Made by a program: the position numbers and the translations under genes. A DNA stretch of 64,000 bases, taken from contig DASROF010000017.1 of the NCBI GenBank assembly GCA_035647075.1, forward strand, positions 10,718-74,717, read 5' to 3'. The notes beneath the pieces were generated by a model, which was given only the letters and a program-made list of their open reading frames with translations, was not told where the DNA came from and ran no database searches. Source of the DNA: Vicinamibacterales bacterium (lineage in GTDB: Bacteria; Acidobacteriota; Vicinamibacteria; Vicinamibacterales; UBA2999). Of this stretch, positions 18,698-29,985 are shown one piece after another (position 1 is the first letter of the stretch; each line of letters begins with the position of its first letter).

Positions 18698-19666
18698 ATG
18701 GCGAAACTTCCCTTCTGCCTCTGCGGCGTTCGCGGTGGCGACCTCATGCAGCGCATCGAGTCGATCATGGCCGGGCGCCGGCGTGTCGAATTGACTCGAG
18801 CACATCGGGCAGCTTTGACGCTTAGTGCGGTCACCTGCATCGTTGCGCCTGTCGTGGTCGGCGCGTTGACACTGCGACCGCAGGCCAGCCCGTCAGCAGC
18901 GGCCGCGGGTCAACGCTTCGAGGTCGCGTCGATCAGGCGAAACACTTCCGGCGACACGAACATGCGTGTTCGTATGCCGGCGGATCGTTTCGAAGCAACG
19001 AACATACAGATTCGTGAACTGATCCGAATTGCGTACAGCTTCCAGAGCTTCCAGCTGGCCGGGGGCCCGGAGTGGCTGACGACCGAGCGGTACGACATCG
19101 TCGCCAAAGCGGATCGCGCATATGCGCCAGGTCCTGAAGGCGCATCCCCTGAAGTGGTCGCGATGGTGCGTACGATGCTGGCCGAACGTTTCGGAATCCA
19201 GCTGCGCGCGGAGCAGCGCGACCAGCCGCTCTTCGAGTTGCGACTCGCGAGGAGCGATGGCCGTCCGGGCCCAGGCATGCGGCCCGTCAAGGTTGACTGC
19301 GAGGGAGAGGCGCGCCAGGCCGCCAGCCGGATTCCAGCTGGCCAGTCCGGAGCGACAGCCTGCAACGTGCGCGTCGCTGCCACGCAACTGATGGGACGAG
19401 GTCTGACGCCTCCCCAGATCGCCGCAGCATTGGCGCGAGTTGCCGGGATCGATCGCCCTGTCACCGATCACACGGGACTCACCGGCACCTTCGACGTCGA
19501 TCTCAACTGGACTCCGGACTCAACCACCGATGCCAACGACGTGTCACGAGAGGTGCCGGGAGTTTTCACGGCGGTTCAGGAGCAGCTCGGTTTGCGCCTG
19601 CAACCGCAACGAGGTCCAGTGGAAGTGTTCGTGATCGTCAGGGCGACTCGGCCCGCCGAGAACTGA
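18698..19666 (+). CDS. TIGR03435-family protein (membrane-anchored), paralogue of the BlaR1 C-terminal module
   Basis: The ATG lies 1 nt after the upstream stop. DLMQRIESIMAGRR, a TM segment and RFEVASIRRN...VEVFVIVRATRPAEN are colinear with residues after the M56 domain of the preceding gene. Confidence 0.75.
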   Translation: MAKLPFCLCGVRGGDLMQRIESIMAGRRRVELTRAHRAALTLSAVTCIVAPVVVGALTLRPQASPSAAAAGQRFEVASIRRNTSGDTNMRVRMPADRFEATNIQIRELIRIAYSFQSFQLAGGPEWLTTERYDIVAKADRAYAPGPEGASPEVVAMVRTMLAERFGIQLRAEQRDQPLFELRLARSDGRPGPGMRPVKVDCEGEARQAASRIPAGQSGATACNVRVAATQLMGRGLTPPQIAAALARVAGIDRPVTDHTGLTGTFDVDLNWTPDSTTDANDVSREVPGVFTAVQEQLGLRLQPQRGPVEVFVIVRATRPAEN

Positions 19667-19689
19667 GGTGGCTCTCGTTCGCATCGCCG

Positions 19690-19709
19690 CTGAATCGAGA
19701 ACAATTCAG
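19690..19709. terminator. Hairpin CTGAAT-N8-ATTCAG between convergent genes
   Basis: Read directly. It is a weak 6-bp stem. Confidence 0.25.
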
Positions 19710-19716
19710 TAGAGTC

Positions 19717-20529
19717 TCAGAGGATTCGGACGGATACGGTGCCGAGCGGTCCGAAATCGGCGCGCACGTAGACGTCCGGCTGGATAGGCAGCGGTACCAG
19801 ACACGTGCCGGTGGTGACAACCTCGCCAGCTTTCAGCGTGATTCCCAGCCCGGACAACTCGTTGACCAGCCAGGCCAGCGCGACCCTCGGATCGCCGAGC
19901 ACGTTCGCGCCCTTCCCTTCTCTGGTCACGCCTGGTTGTTCGCCTCCCGTAGAGCCGGGTCCTACGGTTCCGATCACTCGATGTTCGACGAGATCGAGTG
20001 CCCGCCAGTCAACCCTCGCCGCCGGACCGAGCATGAACACGTGGGCGCAGGCGTTGTCGGCGATCAAAGAGGGCGCGCCGACGATGGTGAAGTCGTCGAA
20101 GCGGGAGTCGGGCACCTCAATCGCGGGATGCAGCGTCGCCACCGCCGCCAGCACCTCCTCTACCGAGTACGGCTGCTCACGCGGTGGCAGATCGCGGGCC
20201 ATGCGAAACGCGAATTCGGCCTCGGCAACTCTCATGTGATTCGCGCCCAACGTCAGTTCGGCATCGACGCGGCCTGGCACCGACAAGTCGGCCGCTTTCT
20301 CTGCGAGCAGGCGGCCCGCTAACGGTCCAGTGACGTTGATGTGCGCCTGGCCAGCCTTGCTCGTCGCCGCGATCTTCCAGCCGAATAGCGGTGCGGCGCT
20401 GTGCTCTTCGAGCAGCGCCTGAACTGCGTAGCCCTCCTCGCGCGTGCGTGGACGAATATCTTCAGGAATCGATTCGAGACGACGACCGTTCTGCCAGCAG
20501 TCCCAGAGCAGATCCGCGGCCTGCCTCAT
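19717..20529 (-). CDS. 2-keto-4-pentenoate hydratase / fumarylacetoacetate hydrolase-family enzyme
   Basis: GWKIAATSKAGQ and GEVVTTGT motifs. The start was moved to MRQAADLL, whose ATG overlaps the upstream VOC stop (ATGA). Confidence 0.6.
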   Translation of the reverse strand: MRQAADLLWDCWQNGRRLESIPEDIRPRTREEGYAVQALLEEHSAAPLFGWKIAATSKAGQAHINVTGPLAGRLLAEKAADLSVPGRVDAELTLGANHMRVAEAEFAFRMARDLPPREQPYSVEEVLAAVATLHPAIEVPDSRFDDFTIVGAPSLIADNACAHVFMLGPAARVDWRALDLVEHRVIGTVGPGSTGGEQPGVTREGKGANVLGDPRVALAWLVNELSGLGITLKAGEVVTTGTCLVPLPIQPDVYVRADFGPLGTVSVRIL

Positions 20530-21584
20530 CGTCCCGGTATCCCTGGCGCGCATCCATCACAGGGCGCAAACGGCGTGAGGAAAAAGTTGTTCGGGTCGGC
20601 GACGACGGCGCCCTTCAAATTCGGCGGAATGGGCACCGCAACACCGCCTTCGGACACCACCTTCGCTCCAGCACGCTTAATCCTGTCGACCAGCGCGTCG
20701 ATATTCTGCGCACGAAGCTGCAGACGCGCGGCGCCCCGATCCTGGATTCGCATCTGTAACGGTTTGCGATCGACACCTTTGAACTCGACGAGATCAATCC
20801 ACAGCATCGAGCCAGGCGCCTGCATTCGGCTTCGTTTCACTTCGGTCTTGCCAAGACCGGTGAGCTGCTGCGCTGGCTTGTCGGCTGTGAATCCGGTCTC
20901 TCCCTCGACAATGAAGCCGAGCACGTCTCGATAGAACCGGGTCGTCTCGCTCATCTCGTTGACGGTAAGCAACAGGCGCATGTCGAGCACATCGCCCGTC
21001 GCGGGCGCCCCCGTGGCCGTCGCTGGCTGCCGAAGCTCGATGAATCGACCGTCGACGTCGCGAAGGAGAATCGCGCGTCCCCCGTCGGAAAGGACCGCCG
21101 GTTTCCGGCCGGGTGTCACGATCGAGGCACCGGCCTGCGTTGCACGCAGGAGCGTGGCATCGACGTCGCGGACCATCAACACCAGTGTGGCGGCCCCGGG
21201 ATCCTGAATCCGCAGCGGAATCGTTTTGTGGTCGACATCCTGAATCTCCATCAATTCCACCGTCACTCGCGACCCGGGAACGCGCGCCGACTGGTGCCGT
21301 TCTCTGGCGCCGGCGATGTCGAACCACTTGAACAACTGCGGATTCGGCGGGTTGTAGGGCCGCGCGCCCGATGCCGGCGGCGCCGGCACGTCCATCCCGA
21401 ACGCATCGTGGTAGAAGGCGAGCGAGCGGTCCATGTTCTCGACGAAGCCGGTGAACGTCCCGGTCCCGATGACGGCTCCCCCGCTCGAGTCGGTCGGGGT
21501 GGCAGGCGCCTGACCGGACACCGTGCTGTGTCCACAGAGTGCGCTCAACACAACGGCGGCGAATGCATATGACAAGCGAGACAT
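20526..21584 (-). CDS. Secreted multi-domain VOC (glyoxalase/bleomycin-resistance/dioxygenase) family protein
   Basis: The start was moved to MSRLSYAFAAVVLSALC (signal peptide). Repeated VOC-type modules (FYHDAFGMDV, FYRDVLGF, IDLVEFKG, VELMEI). Confidence 0.65.
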   Translation of the reverse strand: MSRLSYAFAAVVLSALCGHSTVSGQAPATPTDSSGGAVIGTGTFTGFVENMDRSLAFYHDAFGMDVPAPPASGARPYNPPNPQLFKWFDIAGARERHQSARVPGSRVTVELMEIQDVDHKTIPLRIQDPGAATLVLMVRDVDATLLRATQAGASIVTPGRKPAVLSDGGRAILLRDVDGRFIELRQPATATGAPATGDVLDMRLLLTVNEMSETTRFYRDVLGFIVEGETGFTADKPAQQLTGLGKTEVKRSRMQAPGSMLWIDLVEFKGVDRKPLQMRIQDRGAARLQLRAQNIDALVDRIKRAGAKVVSEGGVAVPIPPNLKGAVVADPNNFFLTPFAPCDGCAPGIPGR

Positions 21585-21609
21585 GGGTGGTAGTCTACGA
21601 CGACCGGCG

Positions 21610-23943
21610 ATGACCATCCGCCACCGCGCTGGTGCGGCGATTGCCGCGCTCTCGATTTGCCTGAGCCCGCCCACTGCCGCTCAGCAACCGACGCCGCTGC
21701 CCGGCTCGTTCATCACGGGCCAGGTCCTTTCCGCCAACAACAACGCGCCGCTCCGCCGCGTCCGCATCGATGTCTCCAGAGGTACGGGGACGGCGGAACC
21801 GGTCCTCACCGACAACGAAGGGCGTTTTTCCATAGACCTGGAGAGAGCGGGCCCGGTGTCGGTCATCGCCACCAAGGGTGGATACCTCGTTGCGAAGACG
21901 ACCGTTCAGCAGGCGAATCTATCCAGACCGCTGCTGATGAAACTGCCCCGTGGGGCCGTGATCATGGGCACAGCCATCGAAGAGAACGGCCTACCTGCGA
22001 TCGCAGCCAGCGTGCAGGCTAAACGCCTGGACCCGACGGTCGATGGCTTCCCGACGCAGTCCATCACCAGCACCGACGATCGCGGCGAGTATCGGCTCGC
22101 TGGTCTGGCGCCGGGCCGATACGAGCTGACAGCCGGAGTCGGCGTAATCGTGCCGTTGCCTCAAGGGGACATCATCGTGTCGTCCTCTCAAGGGGCAACG
22201 CCAGCGCCCGGCATCGTCATCGTTGTCGCCGCGGGCGATCAGATCGGAGGCGTGCAGCTCACGGTTTCCGCGTCGCGCACGCAGGGCGGGATACTTCCCA
22301 CGCTGACGGGCCAAGGAACTCAGATGACGCCTCGTCCAGTCAGTGCCGGATCGGCGCCCGGCGGCGTTCGCGGTCGCGTCGTGACTGCGGCACGGAAACC
22401 AGTTGTCGGCGCAACGGTTCGGCTCACGGGACCGGCGATCAACTTTTCAGCGCGAACAGACGCCGACGGCGGATTCTCGATTACCGGACTGCGTCCGGGC
22501 CGCTACAGGCTCGAAGCGTCCAGCAGTCCCCTGATCGGCACCTGGGGATACGGACAGGACGCAAGCGGCAGCTCGGGCACCCCGATCGTCGTGGCCGAAC
22601 GGATCGAGGAGGGCCTGGACATCGTCCTTCCTCAGTACCTCGCACTCCAGGGCCTGGTAGTCGACGAAAACGGAGAGCCCCTGCAAGGCGCTCGCGTGCA
22701 GGCGCTACAAGTCGAGTACACCGCCGGGCGTCTTACAGCGGTGCCAGCGGGAAACGAACGACGTACCGATGACCAGGGCGGCTACCGGATCTGGGGACTG
22801 CCAGCCGGTACATACCTGCTGTCCGCATCCGTCGACGGACTGTTCGCGGATGGCCGCGGTGGTCGCATCGCGTATGCGCCGATGTACTACCCGGGAACGC
22901 CGTTGATCGCCCAGGCGTCGCCGATCGAACTTCGCGACGATTCGACGATCAACCTCGTGTTCGCTCCGGTGGCAATGACGCGGATTACAGGACAGGCTCG
23001 CGACCACGAGGGGCCGCTGGTCGGCGGGACGGTGCGCCTCGTCGAGAGTCGCCGCGCCGGCACGATTGCGGCCGCGCCGCGAAGTGCAGCGATTCAGGGG
23101 GACGGCAGTTTCATCATCAGGAACGTTCCTCCAGGCGATTACGTGCTGCACGTGCGCGGGGACGGACCCGGTCGTACGGGTATGTTCGCGACGGAGGCTG
23201 TGTCGGTTGGCTCGGATCCGCTTGATCTCCTGATCAGAACATCGCACGGTGCATCGCTCGAGGGACGAACTGTGCTCGACGGCAAACCGGAAAACGTGGC
23301 GTGCCGTATTGAATCCACCGTCGTCATCTCCTCCGGTGGGACCGTCTCGAACGGTTGCGAGGGCGGACGGATGGGCTTCTCCGTGACGCCAGTGGCACTC
23401 GACGACCGGGCGCGTTCAGAAGCAACGATGGTTTTCGGATGGAACACGAACGAGTTCTTCGGACTTGGGCTCTTCGGACGGCTGGCGTTCGCATTGCGTA
23501 ACGCACCGGACGAAAACTGGTACTTGAAGTCGTTTACGATCAACGGCGAGGACATTGCGGACTCGGGCTTTGATTTCGGCTGGCAGCCGGCAACCATCAC
23601 CGACGCCGAAATCGTCCTGTCGCGCAATGGCGCGTCGGTCACTGGACGCCGGATCGACGCACGCGCGGGCGGCCCCGGCTATTTCGTGCTCGTCTTCTCG
23701 CCGTCGTACGAGCGTCTGCCGCCGTTGTCGCGACGGATCAAGTTCACGCGCTCGGCGACAGATGGGTCGTTCCGCGTTGGCGGGCTGCCGGCTGGCGATT
23801 ACCTCGTGGCTGCGGTGTCGCGCTTGAAGACGACCGAGTGGCAGAATCCGGAGCTGCTACAACGGCTCTCGCCCCGCGCTGAGCGCGTCACCCTCTCTGA
23901 GGGACAGAGCGCTACCCTGTCGCTGCGGCTCATCGAACGGTGA
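21610..23943 (+). CDS. Large secreted protein with repeated CarboxypepD_reg-like domains
   Basis: Signal peptide AAIAALSICLSPPTAAQQ. Multiple G.V....G.P...A.V......TD..G.F.I.GL.PG.Y.L units. The start could instead be the ATG at 21583. Confidence 0.7.
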   Translation: MTIRHRAGAAIAALSICLSPPTAAQQPTPLPGSFITGQVLSANNNAPLRRVRIDVSRGTGTAEPVLTDNEGRFSIDLERAGPVSVIATKGGYLVAKTTVQQANLSRPLLMKLPRGAVIMGTAIEENGLPAIAASVQAKRLDPTVDGFPTQSITSTDDRGEYRLAGLAPGRYELTAGVGVIVPLPQGDIIVSSSQGATPAPGIVIVVAAGDQIGGVQLTVSASRTQGGILPTLTGQGTQMTPRPVSAGSAPGGVRGRVVTAARKPVVGATVRLTGPAINFSARTDADGGFSITGLRPGRYRLEASSSPLIGTWGYGQDASGSSGTPIVVAERIEEGLDIVLPQYLALQGLVVDENGEPLQGARVQALQVEYTAGRLTAVPAGNERRTDDQGGYRIWGLPAGTYLLSASVDGLFADGRGGRIAYAPMYYPGTPLIAQASPIELRDDSTINLVFAPVAMTRITGQARDHEGPLVGGTVRLVESRRAGTIAAAPRSAAIQGDGSFIIRNVPPGDYVLHVRGDGPGRTGMFATEAVSVGSDPLDLLIRTSHGASLEGRTVLDGKPENVACRIESTVVISSGGTVSNGCEGGRMGFSVTPVALDDRARSEATMVFGWNTNEFFGLGLFGRLAFALRNAPDENWYLKSFTINGEDIADSGFDFGWQPATITDAEIVLSRNGASVTGRRIDARAGGPGYFVLVFSPSYERLPPLSRRIKFTRSATDGSFRVGGLPAGDYLVAAVSRLKTTEWQNPELLQRLSPRAERVTLSEGQSATLSLRLIER

Positions 23944-24239
23944 CCAGGGATTCGACGATCGGCGTCGTCCTCGACGTGCGCGTCATTCCGCGGGCGTCCA
24001 AATCGCAGATCGCCGGCACGCGTGAAGACGCACTGCTCGTACGCGTGTGTGCGCCACCGGTGGACGGCGCGGCCAACGACGAGCTCATCCGGCTGCTGGC
24101 GGACACGCTCGACGTTCCGAATCGCAACGTGACGGTGATTGGCGGCGAGAGTTCACGCACCAAGCGAGTGCGCATCACCGGGCGGACCGCTGAGGATATT
24201 CATCAACGCCTGTCCGCGTATCGCTCCCCGCAGGCCTGA
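23940..24239 (+). CDS. DUF167 (YggU-like) protein
   Basis: VIPRASKSQI...VRVCAPPVDGAANDELIRLLADTL...V.VIGGESSRTKRVRI. GTG start overlaps the upstream stop. Confidence 0.75.
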   Translation: MTRDSTIGVVLDVRVIPRASKSQIAGTREDALLVRVCAPPVDGAANDELIRLLADTLDVPNRNVTVIGGESSRTKRVRITGRTAEDIHQRLSAYRSPQA

Positions 24240-24240
24240 C

Positions 24241-25533
24241 GTGACCACTGGCGGGTACTTCGCTGATCCGACGAACCGCGTCAGGGCGGACTTCGTCATC
24301 GAGCACACCGCAGGCATCGCGACGTGTCTCTCGCCACTGCACCCGCGAAAAGGACGCAGCCAGGGAGACGTCAGTATGTTTCCGCCTGGCTCGGCGATCG
24401 CTGCGTACGAGGGCCGGATCGTCAGCGTCGGCTGGGGGGAGCTGAGCGAGTTTGTGGATGTCCAGCCCGGCGCAACGCGCATTGACGCCTCGGGCTGCCT
24501 CGTCATTCCAGGCTTTGTCGATCCACACACACACATCGTCTACGCGGGCGACCGTCGCCACGAGCTGCAGCGACGGCTGGCGGGCGCGACCTACGCGGAG
24601 ATCGCCGCGGAAGGCGGCGGCATCCTCGGCACCGTTGCCGCGACGCGCGCGGCATCGGAAGAGGAACTCCTGACGAGCGCGCGCGGCCGTCTGGACGAGA
24701 TGCTCGCGTGCGGTACCACGACCTGTGAGGCCAAGAGCGGCTATGGCCTGACCACCGAATCGGAGCTGAAGCAGCTCAGAGTGGTCCGCGCGCTCAATGA
24801 CTCACACCCGATCGACATCGTGCCCACGTTTCTCGGGGCACACGACGTACCACCTGAATACCGCGAACGCCGCGCCGAGTACGTGACGCTTGTCACTGAC
24901 GAGATGATTCCGCGTGTGGCCGAGGCGGGCCTGGCCATCTACTGCGATGTGTTTTGCGACGAGGGCGCGTTCACACCCGAGGAAGCCACGACCATCCTCG
25001 AGGCCGGGCGGCGTCATCGGCTGCGACCGCGCATTCATGCAGACGAACTGGCGCGAAGCGGCGGCAGCCTGGTCGCCGCGCGCATCGGAGCACGCTCCGC
25101 CGACCACCTGGTATTCGTAGACGAACAGGGCGCAGATGCGATGGCGAAGCGGAACGTCTGTGCTGTGCTGCTACCGACCGCAGCGTTCTATCTGAAGCTC
25201 GGCCGATTTGCGCCAGCCCGGATGCTCATCGAACATGACGTGCCGGTCGCCCTGGCGACGGACGTCAACCCGGGTGGCGGGTTCTCCCCTTCGATGCCGT
25301 TCGCGATGGCGCTTGCCTGCTTCGAAATGAACATGACGCTCGAGGAGGCGCTCGTCGCGGCAACGGTGAACGCGGCGTGGTCACTCGACCGCGCGGATAC
25401 CGTCGGCAGCCTGCAGTCGGGTCGGCTCATGGATGCTGTCCTGGTCAAGGGCAATCTGGCCGAATTGGTTCGCGTCGGAGCGCCGGCGATTCGCATGGTC
25501 ATCAAGCGCGGAGAGGTCGTCGGCGGGTCGTGA
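24241..25533 (+). CDS. hutI: Imidazolonepropionase
   Basis: GFVDPHTHIVYAGDR, GGGI, EAKSGYGL, TFLGAH, IHADE and ATDVNPG blocks. The GTG start lies 1 nt after the DUF167 stop. Confidence 0.85.
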   Translation: MTTGGYFADPTNRVRADFVIEHTAGIATCLSPLHPRKGRSQGDVSMFPPGSAIAAYEGRIVSVGWGELSEFVDVQPGATRIDASGCLVIPGFVDPHTHIVYAGDRRHELQRRLAGATYAEIAAEGGGILGTVAATRAASEEELLTSARGRLDEMLACGTTTCEAKSGYGLTTESELKQLRVVRALNDSHPIDIVPTFLGAHDVPPEYRERRAEYVTLVTDEMIPRVAEAGLAIYCDVFCDEGAFTPEEATTILEAGRRHRLRPRIHADELARSGGSLVAARIGARSADHLVFVDEQGADAMAKRNVCAVLLPTAAFYLKLGRFAPARMLIEHDVPVALATDVNPGGGFSPSMPFAMALACFEMNMTLEEALVAATVNAAWSLDRADTVGSLQSGRLMDAVLVKGNLAELVRVGAPAIRMVIKRGEVVGGS

Positions 25534-25557
25534 GGTCCGGCTGAAGCCGGACACTAC
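25532..25557. repeat. REP-like 26-nt palindromic element, copy B (inverted)
   Basis: GAGGTCCGGCTGAAGCCGGACACTAC. It overlaps the hutI stop codon by 2 nt. Confidence 0.9.
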
Positions 25558-25573
25558 GGACGACAATACAGAC

Positions 25574-26227
25574 ATGGCTCCTGAGACCCGCCCGTTTTCC
25601 GAGTTCGCGCTGATCGATCTTCTGGATGCGTTTGCCTCGAACACCCCGGTTCCCGGTGGTGGTTCCGCGGCGGCACTCGCGGGCGCACTTGGCGTGTCGC
25701 TGCTGATCATGGTGGCGGGCCTGCCGAAGTCTCGAACGGGGGCACCCGAAGAAGCCGCCGACCTCGCTGAGGCAGCCGCGCGTCTGCGCCCCCTCCGCGA
25801 CAGGCTCGTCGAGCTGATCGACGCCGACACCAACGCGTATCGTTCGGTGATGTCGGCGCTGAAGCTCCCGAAAACATCGGACGAGGAACGGTCGCGCAGA
25901 ACTGAGGCCCTGCAGTCCGCGTTGAAAGAGGCGACGGACGTACCTCTCGATGTGTTGCGAGTCTGTCAGCAGGCACTCGCCGGTGGGCTCGTCGTCGCAC
26001 GGAACGGATATCGCGTCGCCGCCAGCGACATCGCAACAGCGATTGAGCTGCTGGGTGCGACGATGCGTGGCACAGCCATCAGCATCGACGGCAACCTGTC
26101 GAGCATCCGGGATGAGTCGTACACCGCGCGGGTGAAGGCCGAGCGCGAAGCGCTCGCCGCCGACAGCGCCCGCGACGCAGCGCAGGCGCTCGACGCGGTC
26201 AGTGAATCGCCGCGATCTCGTCCGTGA
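25574..26227 (+). CDS. Cyclodeaminase/cyclohydrolase (FTCD C-terminal domain) family protein
   Basis: LLDAFASNTPVPGGGSAAALAGALGVSLLIMVAGL is the hallmark N-terminus of the FTCD_C/FchA family. The gene is adjacent to hutI. Confidence 0.75.
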   Translation: MAPETRPFSEFALIDLLDAFASNTPVPGGGSAAALAGALGVSLLIMVAGLPKSRTGAPEEAADLAEAAARLRPLRDRLVELIDADTNAYRSVMSALKLPKTSDEERSRRTEALQSALKEATDVPLDVLRVCQQALAGGLVVARNGYRVAASDIATAIELLGATMRGTAISIDGNLSSIRDESYTARVKAEREALAADSARDAAQALDAVSESPRSRP

Positions 26228-26531
26228 AGGAGTGATCCCGCGGGTACTTGTAGCCGGGAAACACTTCAGGCTCCGTACTGTAAGAGACTTTGACGGTGGT
26301 TCTCACGTTTTCGCGAGTGAACGAGACATTGTCCGGCGGCACCGGCAGATTCAAGTCGGCCGCCTTCTGAAGAACCGTCTCCTTCAGCTGCTCAATCGGC
26401 GTATGGGTGCCCAGCACCAGCAGCGTATGCGTCGAATCCTTCAGCTGCGAAGACCGGTATTCGTCCATCCCGACATGATAGGCACCGTTGAGGACCACCG
26501 CGATCACGACCAGCTTGAGGAGTAGCTTCAT
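26199..26531 (-). CDS. Hypothetical small membrane-anchored protein
   Basis: N-terminal hydrophobic helix MKLLLKLVVIAVVLNGAY. It lies 12 bp downstream of lepB on the same strand. No family was recognised. Confidence 0.5.
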   Translation of the reverse strand: MKLLLKLVVIAVVLNGAYHVGMDEYRSSQLKDSTHTLLVLGTHTPIEQLKETVLQKAADLNLPVPPDNVSFTRENVRTTVKVSYSTEPEVFPGYKYPRDHSFTDEIAAIH

Positions 26532-26543
26532 CGAAGACTCCGC

Positions 26544-27220
26544 TTAGTGAATCTGATGGAGGAGCCGGCTCCAGCGCACGCCAAATGATCCTCCGGAATC
26601 GCGCGCCTCGGGATCCGTAAACGAAAAATAGACGAACAGCGCCTTGCCCTTGATGTAGTCCGCCGGCATGAAGCCCCAGTAGCGGCTGTCCTCGGAGTTG
26701 TCCCGGTTGTCGCCCATCATGAAGTAGTGCCGCTCCGGGACCGTGACCGGACCATAGTCACGCTTGTCGCTGACATCGAAACTCACGTCGCCCGGCGCGC
26801 GCTCTTCTGGCGGAAAGATGAAGTGCACGTACTTCTCTTCGAGCGGCTTGCCGTTGATATACACCTTCTTGTTGCGTACTTCGAGCGTCTCGCCCGGCAG
26901 GCCGATGACCCGTTTGATGAAGTCGCGCTCGGGATCCTGTGGATACTTGAACACGAGGATGTCGCCCCGGCGGACGGGATCGATCGGCAGCAGCATCCGC
27001 TCCAGGCGGGTCATCGTCGGCGCAAACACGAACTTGTTGACCAGCAGATGGTCGCCGATCAGGAGATTGTTCTCCATCGAGCCCGTCGGGATCTTGAACG
27101 CCTGCACCACGAATGTTCGGACGAACAGGGCGAGGATGACGGCGATACAGATCGACTCGAAGTACTCGCGGGCGGTCGACTTCTTGTAGCCGTTCACCAC
27201 GGCGTTTTTTGCGTCAGCCA

Positions 27221-27221
<1 letters not shown>
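26544..27221 (-). CDS. lepB: Signal peptidase I
   Basis: GSMENNLLIGDHLLVNKF, RGDILVFKYP and GDNRDNSEDSRYWGF motifs. The start was moved to MADAKN, whose ATG overlaps the lepA stop (ATGA). Confidence 0.9.
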
Positions 27222-29023
<1,802 letters not shown>

Positions 29024-29093
29024 TCAGTGGGCTGACAACCGATCATAGCAGCGGGAACGACTGGCATACACGGTGCACTGGCTGACTGTGCGC

Positions 29094-29903
29094 ATGGGAG
29101 CTCCTCCACTCCGGAGCGTGGGTTGCCCCGTAGTCGTCGTCCTGATGCTGGGGTGGGTGCAACCCGCCCATGCGCACTCCGTCGCATCTTCTACGGAAAT
29201 GCTCGCGATTCGGGACCACAAGCAGACTCTGCACAACTACGGGAGCCGCAATGGCGATCCCGTGATTGTTTCGAGCGGTGATGGCGGTTGGATCCATCTC
29301 GCCCCGCATGTGGCGGAATTGCTCGCTCAGTTCGGCTATCGCGTGATCGGATTCGACACTCGTGCGTATCTGTCGTCGTTCACCTCAAACGCCGGCACGC
29401 TCCAGGAAGACGACGTCATCGACGACTACGCAACCCTGATCAAGTACGTCGCGCAGAGCAGCAAACGTCCGCCGCTCCTGATCGGTGTCTCAGAAGGCGC
29501 AGGTCTGTCAGTGCTGGCGGCCACCGGAAAGCAGGTCAAGCCGCTCATCAGCGGCGTCATCGGCGTCGGGCTCGGTAACATGAACGAGTTGGGCTGGCGC
29601 TGGGAAGACTCGACGATCTACATCACACATCAACTGCCGCACGAGCCGCTGTTCAGTGTGCTCTCATTGATCGATCGTCTTGATCCACTGCCGCTTGCGC
29701 TGATTCATTCGGTGCACGACGAGTACGCCCCCGCCGCGGACGCGGACCGCATGGTCCATGCCGCCACCGGACCAGCGAAGCTCTGGGTCGTCAACGCCTC
29801 CAATCACCGCTTCTCGGGGAACACGGCTGAATTCGACCGCCGTCTCATCGAAGCCATCGAGTGGGTGCACGCACAGCACGAGGCCGTGAGCCTTCACCGT
29901 TAG
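29094..29903 (+). CDS. AcvB/VirJ-family alpha/beta hydrolase (putative lysyl-phosphatidylglycerol hydrolase)
   Basis: Signal peptide and the hallmark SSGDGGW motif followed by GYRVIGFDTRAYL. The start could be the GTG at 29073. Confidence 0.6.
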   Translation: MGAPPLRSVGCPVVVVLMLGWVQPAHAHSVASSTEMLAIRDHKQTLHNYGSRNGDPVIVSSGDGGWIHLAPHVAELLAQFGYRVIGFDTRAYLSSFTSNAGTLQEDDVIDDYATLIKYVAQSSKRPPLLIGVSEGAGLSVLAATGKQVKPLISGVIGVGLGNMNELGWRWEDSTIYITHQLPHEPLFSVLSLIDRLDPLPLALIHSVHDEYAPAADADRMVHAATGPAKLWVVNASNHRFSGNTAEFDRRLIEAIEWVHAQHEAVSLHR

Positions 29904-29953
29904 GTCTGACTCCGTCCTTACTTGAACCTTTGACCTTCGGCGTCCTGACTTAG

Positions 29954-29981
29954 GCCTTCGGCCTTAGCCCTTAGCCCTGTT
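29954..29981. repeat. Heptamer tandem array (GCCTTCG GCCTTAG CCCTTAG CCCTGTT)
   Basis: Read directly in the convergent acvB-like/mprF spacer. More CCTT words lie upstream (29921-29953). Confidence 0.75.
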
Positions 29982-29985
29982 CTTG

